Virus record (IMG/VR): IMGVR_UViG_3300025082_000003
Origin: a virus
DNA: 36,439 bases
Reading direction: 5' to 3' (one strand)
The notes below the pieces were generated by a model. That model was given only the letters and a program-made list of their open reading frames with translations. It was not told where the DNA came from and did no database searches. The stretch's first letter is position 1. Each line of letters begins with the position of its first letter. Of the stretch, positions 26,797 through 33,390 are shown piece by piece. Both the position numbers and the translations under genes were made by a program.

Positions 26797-27098
26797 TTCT
26801 TAATCTGAATTAACCCCTTTTCAATTAACTTAATTTGAGTTTCAAATATTGCTCGCATCCAATCCTGATAAGAAACCTTGCCCGAATCAGCGTGTTTGTG
26901 GCAATCATCACAGCCATAAGCGCCCCAAAAATCAGGGCTTTTAGTTCCCATTCCCTTTAAAGAGCTTGGAGCGTGGCAAAATACCGTACTTGCTTGCCTA
27001 TGGTTGCATACGTTTTCAATCCTGAATGCGCATAGCTCCCCGTGAGCGCTTCGAGTTATTGATTCTGATTTTATTACGGGTGGTTTAGGAAACATCAT
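26793..27098 (-). CDS. YbcO-like (DUF1364) putative nuclease
   Basis: The Cys/His pattern GELCAFRIENVCN...FCH...GTKSPDFWGAYGCDDCH resembles E. coli DLP12 YbcO. As in DLP12, it is adjacent to rusA. Confidence 0.6.
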   Translation of the reverse strand: MMFPKPPVIKSESITRSAHGELCAFRIENVCNHRQASTVFCHAPSSLKGMGTKSPDFWGAYGCDDCHKHADSGKVSYQDWMRAIFETQIKLIEKGLIQIKK

Positions 27099-27454
27099 TC
27101 TACATCCTCAATTTCAATTATAGTGTAAACTGATTTATTGTTTTTTGCTTTTTCCCATCGGGGTTTAAACTCAACTATTATAGAAGGCTTATCATCTTTT
27201 ATAACTCCTGAACTAACTAATCCGTCTCCCCAATGCTTGAAACTTGCACATAAATTATCCCAGTCAGGAGCTACCACGCTTGCCCGTGTATAAGTGATAA
27301 TAACCTTACCTTTATGCTTGTTGGGTTTCTCCGATATTATAGCCCATTTTATGGCTGTTTGTCGCTTTTTCTTAGCATGGAAGTGTTCACGGATCAATCC
27401 GTTTTTTCCATTTAAAGTTGGTGTTACAAAATCAAATTCAAGGCGTTGCTTCAT
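27095..27454 (-). CDS. rusA: RusA-family Holliday junction resolvase
   Basis: PDWDNLCASFKHWGDGLVSSGVIKDD carries the acidic residues typical of RusA. Size is 119 aa. Confidence 0.75.
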   Translation of the reverse strand: MKQRLEFDFVTPTLNGKNGLIREHFHAKKKRQTAIKWAIISEKPNKHKGKVIITYTRASVVAPDWDNLCASFKHWGDGLVSSGVIKDDKPSIIVEFKPRWEKAKNNKSVYTIIEIEDVE

Positions 27455-27675
27455 TTTAAATAGTATCTGTTATTCTTCTTTTCAATTTCTACACACGTTC
27501 GCATTTCTGCTAACCTTCTTAATCCTTGCCTTTCACAAATATCAAACTGATCTAATATATCCGACAACTTAAAACCTTTGTATTCAAACTTAGAATAAAG
27601 CCAAATATAAATTAGCTTTGATCCAAAACTCATATCAAGGTCGTTAATAGTCTCTATGAAATCAGATGTTATCAT
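27451..27675 (-). CDS. Hypothetical protein, possible winged helix
   Basis: 74-aa ORF with ATGA coupling. Confidence 0.55.
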   Translation of the reverse strand: MITSDFIETINDLDMSFGSKLIYIWLYSKFEYKGFKLSDILDQFDICERQGLRRLAEMRTCVEIEKKNNRYYLK

Positions 27676-27890
27676 ATTCTCTTTTTAGTCAGCTTGTAAG
27701 CCCCCTCCTTTTTTGTAAGATAACCTTTTTTAATTAGCGCTTTAATGTTCTGTGTTACGCTGTGAGGCGACCTAAAACCAAACGCTTCTTGTATTACAAT
27801 ATAAGTAGGAAAAACGCCCTTATCAGATTTATAATCTTTTATGTAGTTTAAAAACTCTAATTGCTTCAATGTAAGTTGTTTGCTATCCAT
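27672..27890 (-). CDS. LexA N-terminal DNA-binding-domain-like protein with no peptidase domain
   Basis: LTLKQLEFLNYIKDY..DKGVFPTYIVIQEAFGFRSPHSVTQNIKALIKKGYL matches the LexA_DNA_bind pattern. It is only 72 aa. Confidence 0.6.
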   Translation of the reverse strand: MDSKQLTLKQLEFLNYIKDYKSDKGVFPTYIVIQEAFGFRSPHSVTQNIKALIKKGYLTKKEGAYKLTKKRI

Positions 27891-28223
27891 CTTTATTTAA
27901 TATATGTATAATTAATATTGATTGCTACTTTAATATTATGTATTTTATATGTGCAAGCATGAGAAACAGCTTGGCACGTTCATAACAAAATTATGTTCGA
28001 TCAGGTAAAGAGCCGTGTATCTTAAAACGTATATGGCAGGAATATTCTTTTTTCATAGGGGCTTTTTTCTTTTGTTTCTTTACTTATGTTTACGGTGTTC
28101 TTTCCTTTGGTTTGTTTTCTTTTTAAGAAAGTGTTCACTTCTTCCTCTCCAATATAATAACCCCGATTATAATCAAAGCCAAATATGCTACAATCATTAA
28201 GTAGGATATAATTTGATGTTCGC

Positions 28224-28439
28224 TCACTTCATCCTCACTATTATTGGTGTTTTACCTTCGTAACTTATTACATTTTTATTTTCTCGTAACATCCTGATAA
28301 ACTGTTTCCTATTTGTAGAAATCAGAATAGTAAATCGCTTCACTCCGTGTATCTGATATTGATTCATCATTTCCATCAGGCAATCCAAAGGACTGCTTTC
28401 TGATATATCTCCTAGCGTTCGTGAAGTTCTTCCATCCAT
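28224..28439 (-). CDS. Hypothetical protein
   Basis: 71-aa ORF. Confidence 0.55.
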   Translation of the reverse strand: MDGRTSRTLGDISESSPLDCLMEMMNQYQIHGVKRFTILISTNRKQFIRMLRENKNVISYEGKTPIIVRMK

Positions 28440-28469
28440 ACAAAAGCATTAGTATTAATATTAAGTAAA

Positions 28470-28667
28470 TCATTCTATGCCTAATATAGATTTAGCTTGT
28501 TTCATAGCCTTATACTTCTGCATAGTGTCTAAGTCAATCGGGGTGTATGCTGTACCAATTTTAGCCATTGCGCCCATTACAAAGAGTTTATTACCCTGCC
28601 TGTCGAAATCTACTTTGCATTCTTTTTCCTTACCTGCAATCTCTAGTTTAATATCAAGAGTTTCCAT
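28470..28667 (-). CDS. Hypothetical protein
   Basis: 65-aa ORF. Confidence 0.55.
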   Translation of the reverse strand: METLDIKLEIAGKEKECKVDFDRQGNKLFVMGAMAKIGTAYTPIDLDTMQKYKAMKQAKSILGIE

Positions 28668-28732
28668 TATTCTTTTATCCTTAGATTTTTAATATCAACG
28701 CCAAACTTATCAGCTACTTTAAATTTACTCAT
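28667..28732 (-). CDS. Possible 21-aa peptide (not in track)
   Basis: ATGA overlap upstream and TAATG overlap downstream. Sequence MSKFKVADKFGVDIKNLRIKE. Confidence 0.25.
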   Translation of the reverse strand: MSKFKVADKFGVDIKNLRIKE

Positions 28733-28956
28733 TCCGAAACTCCTTTAAGTTTATTTATCTCTGTTACAAGCTCATTTATCTTTTCTATTAAAACGGCAAT
28801 GTTTTCAGATGTAGATTCGGGAACTGCTTTATATTCGTAACCATCAGGTTTTGAATACATGTTTGGCATATCCCATATTGAAATTTCTTTAATACTCATT
28901 ATTCTATATTTAGTTAAAATTAATTGAGCCGATTGAGGGATATGCTCCCCCTTCAT
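28729..28956 (-). CDS. Hypothetical protein (the alternative start at 28899 gives MSIKEISIWDM...)
   Basis: 75-aa ORF and the first gene after the ORF-free region. Confidence 0.5.
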   Translation of the reverse strand: MKGEHIPQSAQLILTKYRIMSIKEISIWDMPNMYSKPDGYEYKAVPESTSENIAVLIEKINELVTEINKLKGVSE

Positions 28957-29546
28957 CCATTGCAGAATCGGCTTCCAGAAACAACATAATTAACTGGTTT
29001 ATGTTTTACTGGATTATCCAGTTTAAAATAAGGCTCACTAACTGCTTCAGGGCTTAGTGAGTGGTGTGTTTCGTTACGTCTTTCAAAACCCGATACGCCT
29101 GAAGATCACCGCTTCCTTAAAATGTTGAGTGAGGACAGGATTCGATACCTGTAAGATGGTTTGTTGCTTCGATGCTTTAATCCATTTAGGAGTGTCCACA
29201 TGGGTCTTATCCATCTACCCGTTATAGCGTTTACTTATCGCATTGCCCGTAGTCTGGATTATTCGGTTAATAACCTATTTTTATGCGCTTTCGCCACCTC
29301 ACTCAGTTTCAAGGAACCCGAACTAAACACCGCTTTCATGTCTCTTTTGCTTCTAGGAAAGCAGGGCGTCCTAGAACATTCGGGTTCCAATTTCATTAAA
29401 TTCAAAGAACTGTTTAAAACCCGATTATGCTCTCACACACAATCGGATAATCTCATTTGCTTATTTTACTGATAAAATCGTCTTTCAGCGTTTCGTTTAT
29501 TTCGTTTACTATCTCGGAGGTTTTCATATCAATTCCTTTTAATTAA
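28957..29546 (-). ncRNA. Candidate large structured RNA / structured leader (class unknown)
   Basis: About 590 nt with no credible ORF in a tightly packed operon. Counted 60-nt lines are about 43-48% GC against about 27% in the flanking genes. There are many perfect helices: 29313-22/29379-88 (10 bp), 29351-58/29369-76 (8), 29034-41/29054-61 (8), 29126-34/29297-305 (9), 28983-89/28999-29005 (7), 29155-60/29211-16 (6) and 29421-26/29441-46 (6). Strand is assumed from context. Confidence 0.4.
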
Positions 29547-29571
29547 AAGCACCTACTCACCTTCGGTGCTT
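29547..29571 (-). terminator. Stem-loop of the inverted repeat copy, followed on the minus strand by TTAATTAAAA
   Basis: The same hairpin as 162..186. Confidence 0.4.
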
Positions 29572-29577
29572 TGAGAA

Positions 29578-29712
29578 TTAGTTATTCTTCAAATCAGCTA
29601 TGTGGTTAATCCAGTTGTTAGCCTGTTCGTAATAATACTTATCACCCGTTTCAGCAAAGGCATCTTTAAAAAATTCTACTTTAGTTTCTGCGTGTTTAAT
29701 TTGTTCGGCCAT
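29578..29712 (-). CDS. Second identical copy of the 44-aa small protein
   Basis: Identical nucleotide sequence to 21..155. Confidence 0.4.
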   Translation of the reverse strand: MAEQIKHAETKVEFFKDAFAETGDKYYYEQANNWINHIADLKNN

Positions 29713-29793
29713 AATTCTCAAAGTTTGTTATTAATTGCTTACACAAAGATAGTAAACTCTAAATTTAAAGTCAACTTTAGTTAACAATTATTT

Positions 29794-30084
29794 TCAATTA
29801 ATCATTTGCATAGTTCCGTACCCGTGTTTTAGTACGTGAGATTGATACCACCTGTCGTTAATTAGCTCATTATGTTTTTTCACGCTCTTATAAACTGTTA
29901 CTCTCGTTCTGTTTAGAAATTCAGATATTTTTTTAATCGGAATACTTTGAGATTTACAAAGCGCTATAAACCCATGTCGGTACATACAAAGCTCCTGCAA
30001 CTGGTTAGGGGATGTAAGGTCGCTTACTATTATCCCGTGTTGCTTACAATAGAATTTTGCTAGGTTTTGGATGGATGGTTTCAT
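29794..30084 (-). CDS. DnaA domain IV-like HTH protein
   Basis: LCMYRHGFIALCKSQSIPIKKISEFLNRTRVTVYKSVKKHNELI resembles the DnaA C-terminal DNA-binding domain. Confidence 0.45.
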   Translation of the reverse strand: MKPSIQNLAKFYCKQHGIIVSDLTSPNQLQELCMYRHGFIALCKSQSIPIKKISEFLNRTRVTVYKSVKKHNELINDRWYQSHVLKHGYGTMQMIN

Positions 30085-30335
30085 TTTATATCTTTTTTTG
30101 ATATAAGTTCAATTTCTTTATTTAATCTTTTGTTTTTATCGAAACCCCTTGATTCCTTTCTAAGCCTTTCCAATCTTTCAATGAGAACTTCTTTAGGCTC
30201 TTCAACTAATTCAATAGTAACCTTATATTTTCGATATTCTAAAAAATTTATATTGCATGGTTCTTCTTTTTTTAATTGATTAATCGTGTATGTATTTTCT
30301 AAATCTTTAAATGTTTCAAATTCAATTTTTTTCAT
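30081..30335 (-). CDS. Hypothetical coiled-coil protein
   Basis: 84-aa K/E-rich ORF. Confidence 0.55.
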   Translation of the reverse strand: MKKIEFETFKDLENTYTINQLKKEEPCNINFLEYRKYKVTIELVEEPKEVLIERLERLRKESRGFDKNKRLNKEIELISKKDIK

Positions 30336-30339
30336 AATC

Positions 30340-30717
30340 CTATCCTGTTATTTTTTTATTTGGTTGTGATGTTAAATGCCAAGCATCACATTTTTTACAA
30401 AAGTATCTTCTCGATTCCTTTCTTGATGAATTAAAACTAAGCAAGCACCTACTAAGCCATTTCCTTGACTCTTCATCAGTAAATGACCTTTTACCACACC
30501 CTAAAGGCTCACTAATGTTCATGTATTCAGCCGTAAACTCTTTAAAGTCCTTCATGTTTTCATTTATGTATTTAATTATTACTGGCATTTTTGGGGTTTG
30601 CTCAGGTCTTACCTTTTTGCCATAAAAATCAGTAGCTACGTTTGATCTGTGAATGTTGTATTTATCCTTTAGGTACTTCATTACATCATCGTAATTTTTA
30701 GTCTCTGAATATTTCAT
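30340..30717 (-). CDS. Hypothetical protein with C-terminal CxxC..WH motif
   Basis: 125-aa ORF ending in YFCKKCDAWHLTS. Confidence 0.55.
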   Translation of the reverse strand: MKYSETKNYDDVMKYLKDKYNIHRSNVATDFYGKKVRPEQTPKMPVIIKYINENMKDFKEFTAEYMNISEPLGCGKRSFTDEESRKWLSRCLLSFNSSRKESRRYFCKKCDAWHLTSQPNKKITG

Positions 30718-31475
30718 CCCGTTATTTTATTTAGTAATTGTTTTTGCCTTTTATCGGCTTCGTCTTGCCTGTGATCGTAATCTGGGAACTCAATCAAAAC
30801 TCCCATTTCCTCAACACGGCTTGCCACTCTAGGGTGGTAGGGTAAATCTTTAATATCTACATTAGAAGTAAATATTGTCGGTTTGCCTGATTGATACCTA
30901 GTGTCTATAATTTCCAAAACTTTATCGTGTCGCCAATCTGTTTTTTTAGCTTCGAATCCTATTTCATCCAATATCAACAAAGGAACACTTTTAATTACGT
31001 TCAATATTCTAAGAGAGCTTATATCTGAATTGCTAAACGATTCCTGAAACAAAGTAAATAAATCATTCATTGTATAAATTTGACTAGCTACCTTGTTACG
31101 GTTGTAAAGTTCGTTCGCTATTATACAAGCTAGTAAAGTCTTTCCACATCCGACAGAGTCCGAATAGAAGTACATTCCAATACCTTCTTTAGATAACCCT
31201 TCCCATTTGGTCAGATATGCCTCTGCTATTTTTTTAATCTTCGTATATCCTCTTTCTTTATCTGTGGTGAAGTCAACTAATAGTTTACCTTCGTACTTAT
31301 TCGCTTGCTCAGAGCCGTACGCATAGCACAAAGGCTTTAAACTATCCGCTTGGATGTCTTGCATCGAAAAAGTAATAGGGTCGCCTATACTCGATTTTTT
31401 AGTCGATTTGATCGAGTATGCTAATTCGCTCTCTTCCATTATTTCGCTTAGTTTTTGGGGTTGCCTTGTTTTCAT
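30714..31475 (-). CDS. DnaC/IstB-like AAA+ helicase loader (start uncertain: 31475, 31439 or 31364)
   Basis: Walker A motif SVGCGKT and Walker B motif LLILDEIGF. Confidence 0.8.
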   Translation of the reverse strand: MKTRQPQKLSEIMEESELAYSIKSTKKSSIGDPITFSMQDIQADSLKPLCYAYGSEQANKYEGKLLVDFTTDKERGYTKIKKIAEAYLTKWEGLSKEGIGMYFYSDSVGCGKTLLACIIANELYNRNKVASQIYTMNDLFTLFQESFSNSDISSLRILNVIKSVPLLILDEIGFEAKKTDWRHDKVLEIIDTRYQSGKPTIFTSNVDIKDLPYHPRVASRVEEMGVLIEFPDYDHRQDEADKRQKQLLNKITG

Positions 31476-32094
31476 CTTTAAACCACACTGATTGCATTTT
31501 TAATTTCCAGTTCTTAATTACGTTATCCCGTGAATCTCTCCAATACTTTCTTTTAGGATTATCTTCTACCGATGCGTTATACATATTGTAAGCTCTTTCA
31601 GCTACATCTAAACTATAACCGTTTTTATTGAAGTAATCTTTAACCTCTTCCAAAGTGGGAATGAAAGAAACTTTAGTTTCGCTATATTCTTCTTTATTAT
31701 TCTTACTTGTAGTATTAATACTTGTACTATTATCTTTTAGGTTTTCTGACCACCCCTCTTTAGATTTATTGACCACCCCCTTTCGATTTTCTGAATACCC
31801 CCTTTCGATTTTCTGAATAGGGTAAATGTTTCTTTGCTTCACTTCTTTTCCTTCATTTATGTACTCAACTATAACATGGTTATTCTCTTTTAAAGATTTA
31901 ACCCAAAGGCTTACAGTAGATGTGCTTACCCCGTACAATTCAGCGAAATAAGAGTTTGAAGCATAACAGTAACCGTGTTTATTACTTAATGCTGTTATCT
32001 CTCCGTAGAATAGCTTTTGAGAGCCTGAAAGGGAATTATCGTACCTAACACTAGATGGTATTATAGCATAATAGTTTGGTTTGTCTTTACTCAT
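31399..32094 (-). CDS. Replisome organiser / replication initiator (N-terminal winged HTH)
   Basis: YYAIIPSSVRYD..LSGSQKLFYGEITALSNKHGYCYASNSYFAELYGVSTSTVSLWVKSLKE. It contains iterons and lies upstream of the loader gene. Confidence 0.7.
   Translation of the reverse strand: MSKDKPNYYAIIPSSVRYDNSLSGSQKLFYGEITALSNKHGYCYASNSYFAELYGVSTSTVSLWVKSLKENNHVIVEYINEGKEVKQRNIYPIQKIERGYSENRKGVVNKSKEGWSENLKDNSTSINTTSKNNKEEYSETKVSFIPTLEEVKDYFNKNGYSLDVAERAYNMYNASVEDNPKRKYWRDSRDNVIKNWKLKMQSVWFKDENKATPKTKRNNGRERISILDQID
31741..31819. repeat. Iteron array (candidate origin) inside the initiator gene
   Basis: Two perfect 22-mers, CCCCCTTTCGATTTTCTGAATA, at 31776-31797 and 31798-31819. A degenerate 23-mer precedes them at 31753-31775, with a partial unit at 31741-31752. 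An AT-rich tract lies next to the array. Confidence 0.7.
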
Positions 32095-32149
32095 TTTGCT
32101 TGTAGTTTAAAATTAAAAAGCCCCTGAAAGAACCTACCGCTAATATTCT

Positions 32150-32229
32150 TTGGCGTGGCAGATGGAAACGTTCTGCTGAATACGATAGGCTCTCGCAAGA
32201 GCTTTACTTTCCGTGTTATCCGACGCCAA
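32150..32229 (-). ncRNA. 80-nt multi-helix element between ssb and the initiator gene (function unknown)
   Basis: Closing stem 32150-56/32223-29 (7 bp). Arms are 32158-62/32172-76 (5 bp), 32184-87/32217-20 (4 bp) and 32188-93/32198-203 (6 bp; tetraloop UGCG on the minus strand). Confidence 0.35.
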
Positions 32230-32308
32230 TCAGATTCAGTAATTACACTAAATATACCTATATGGTTGGTTTAATGCAATGGTTAAAAGTGTAAGGTTTA
32301 AAATATTC

Positions 32309-32337
32309 TGTCACAAATTTAGTGGATATTTGTGACA
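32309..32337 (-). terminator. Hairpin immediately after ssb (TGTCACAAAT-9 nt-ATTTGTGACA)
   Basis: Perfect 10-bp stem starting 2 nt after the ssb stop. Confidence 0.55.
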
Positions 32338-32339
32338 AG

Positions 32340-32771
32340 CTAGAAGGGAAGATCTTGACCATCATCAAAGTCTTTCCCTAATTCTACGGGTGAACTTTGC
32401 GAGTTGTTTTGCGGGTTCTTTGGAGCGCCACCTTGATAATTATCGCTTTTACTATCTAACATAGTCATTTGCAAAGCCTTTATCTCAGTTGAATATCGCT
32501 TCTCTCCGTCTTTCTCCCATGAACGGGTTTCGATTTTGCCTTCTACATAGACAAGTGATCCTTTTTTTAGGTAGTCTCTGCATACCTCAGCCAATCTACC
32601 CCAAGCTACGATGTTATGCCATTGAGTGTTTTCTACTTGCTCTCCGTTCTTATCTTTATACTTCTCGCTAGTTGCTATTGAGAAATTTGTAACGGTTGAA
32701 TTTCCTACTTGTTTTGATTCAGGGTCTTTTCCAATCCGACCTATTAATTGTGCTTTATTTAGTGAACTCAT
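32340..32771 (-). CDS. ssb: Single-stranded DNA-binding protein
   Basis: N-terminus MSSLNKAQLIGRIGKDPE, an OB-fold pattern (W..IVAWGRLAE, YVEGKIETRSWE) and the acidic tail DDGQDLPF. Confidence 0.9.
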   Translation of the reverse strand: MSSLNKAQLIGRIGKDPESKQVGNSTVTNFSIATSEKYKDKNGEQVENTQWHNIVAWGRLAEVCRDYLKKGSLVYVEGKIETRSWEKDGEKRYSTEIKALQMTMLDSKSDNYQGGAPKNPQNNSQSSPVELGKDFDDGQDLPF

Positions 32772-33012
32772 GTGTGTTTATTTTTATTTTTGGATAAATT
32801 GTAATTGTTGATTTAATATCTTTGTGCTTGCCTTCTGAATATACCTTCCCTTCATCTATGCAATATACCGTTGATACGGTTTTTAAGTCGCTAATTTGAT
32901 GCGTTGCTTTTACGTGGTTGTGAATGGGTTCTTGTACTAAGAATATTAAAGATGCCATAAACCCCACGCCTAGTATAATACTAAATAAAAGCACTAATAA
33001 ACTCTTCATCAC
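32755..33012 (-). CDS. Membrane-anchored small protein
   Basis: N-terminal TM segment LLVLLFSIILGVGFMASLIFLV. Confidence 0.5.
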   Translation of the reverse strand: MMKSLLVLLFSIILGVGFMASLIFLVQEPIHNHVKATHQISDLKTVSTVYCIDEGKVYSEGKHKDIKSTITIYPKIKINTHEFTK

Positions 33013-33169
33013 TCACCTCATCTGTATAAATTAAATGTTCGCAATCTCCGTTTTCATCGGGAGAAAATTCATCATAAGATTGCCTTTCTAAATCAGGTGG
33101 TGCGCAAAATCTCCAGCACATATCAGATAAATGGCAATCTTTATTAGTACACATTGTTATATCAGCCAT
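32981..33169 (-). CDS. Small Cys-rich protein
   Basis: CTNKDCHLSDMCWRFC motif. Confidence 0.55.
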   Translation of the reverse strand: MADITMCTNKDCHLSDMCWRFCAPPDLERQSYDEFSPDENGDCEHLIYTDEVSDEEFISAFI

Positions 33170-33390
33170 TATTTCACCTCTTTATAACTTCGTTTAGCTT
33201 TTACATCGTTTATAGCCCACTTACTAACTCCGTAAATCTTAGATAGCTCCTTAGTGCTTAAATTTGAAGCCCGTATTTCTCTTACATCTTCGTGAGTTAG
33301 TTTGTTAGGCTTAGTTTCTTCTTGAACAAAATTATATGGTAGCATGTCGCCTGACCATTCTTTATAGTTCGTTGCTCCGTTTCCTTTCAT
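33169..33390 (-). CDS. HTH protein, tandem paralog B (track start 33429; ATG 33390 gives ATGA coupling)
   Basis: LTHEDVREIRASNLSTKELSKIYGVSKWAINDVKAKRSYKEVK. Confidence 0.55.
   Translation of the reverse strand: MKGNGATNYKEWSGDMLPYNFVQEETKPNKLTHEDVREIRASNLSTKELSKIYGVSKWAINDVKAKRSYKEVK

Larger units (their letters stand above)
29547..29732. repeat. 186-bp repeat, inverted copy
   Basis: The reverse complement is 186/186 identical to 1..186. Confidence 0.95.

Noticed and set aside
28015-28227. Tiny minus-strand ORFs (a 30-aa TM peptide from GTG 28227 and a 38-aa basic peptide) and a 61-aa plus-strand ORF in the 27891-28223 gap
   Set aside because: The minus-strand ORFs use GTG starts, are very short and lie in a low-complexity purine/pyrimidine-skewed sequence. 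The plus-strand ORF is antisense and Phe/Leu-rich. I leave the region as a probable promoter or leader region.
29161-29472. 103-aa plus-strand ORF inside the structured region
   Set aside because: It lies antisense to the whole surrounding operon. Its composition is Leu/Phe/Ser/Cys-rich and unlike the K/E/D-rich proteins of this phage. It has no coupled neighbours and spans several perfect RNA-type helices. I treat it as a by-product of the GC-richer non-coding sequence, though this is not proven.
29453-29527. 24-aa minus-strand ORF (MKTSEIVNEINETLKDDFISKISK) right after the inverted repeat hairpin
   Set aside because: It is too short and has no supporting signal. It could be a leader peptide, but I cannot support it as a gene.
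32150-32229. 80-nt element as a tRNA gene
   Set aside because: It has a 7-bp closing stem and the right length. On either strand, however, it lacks a TTCRA T-loop and a 5-bp/7-nt anticodon arm, and one arm carries a tetraloop.
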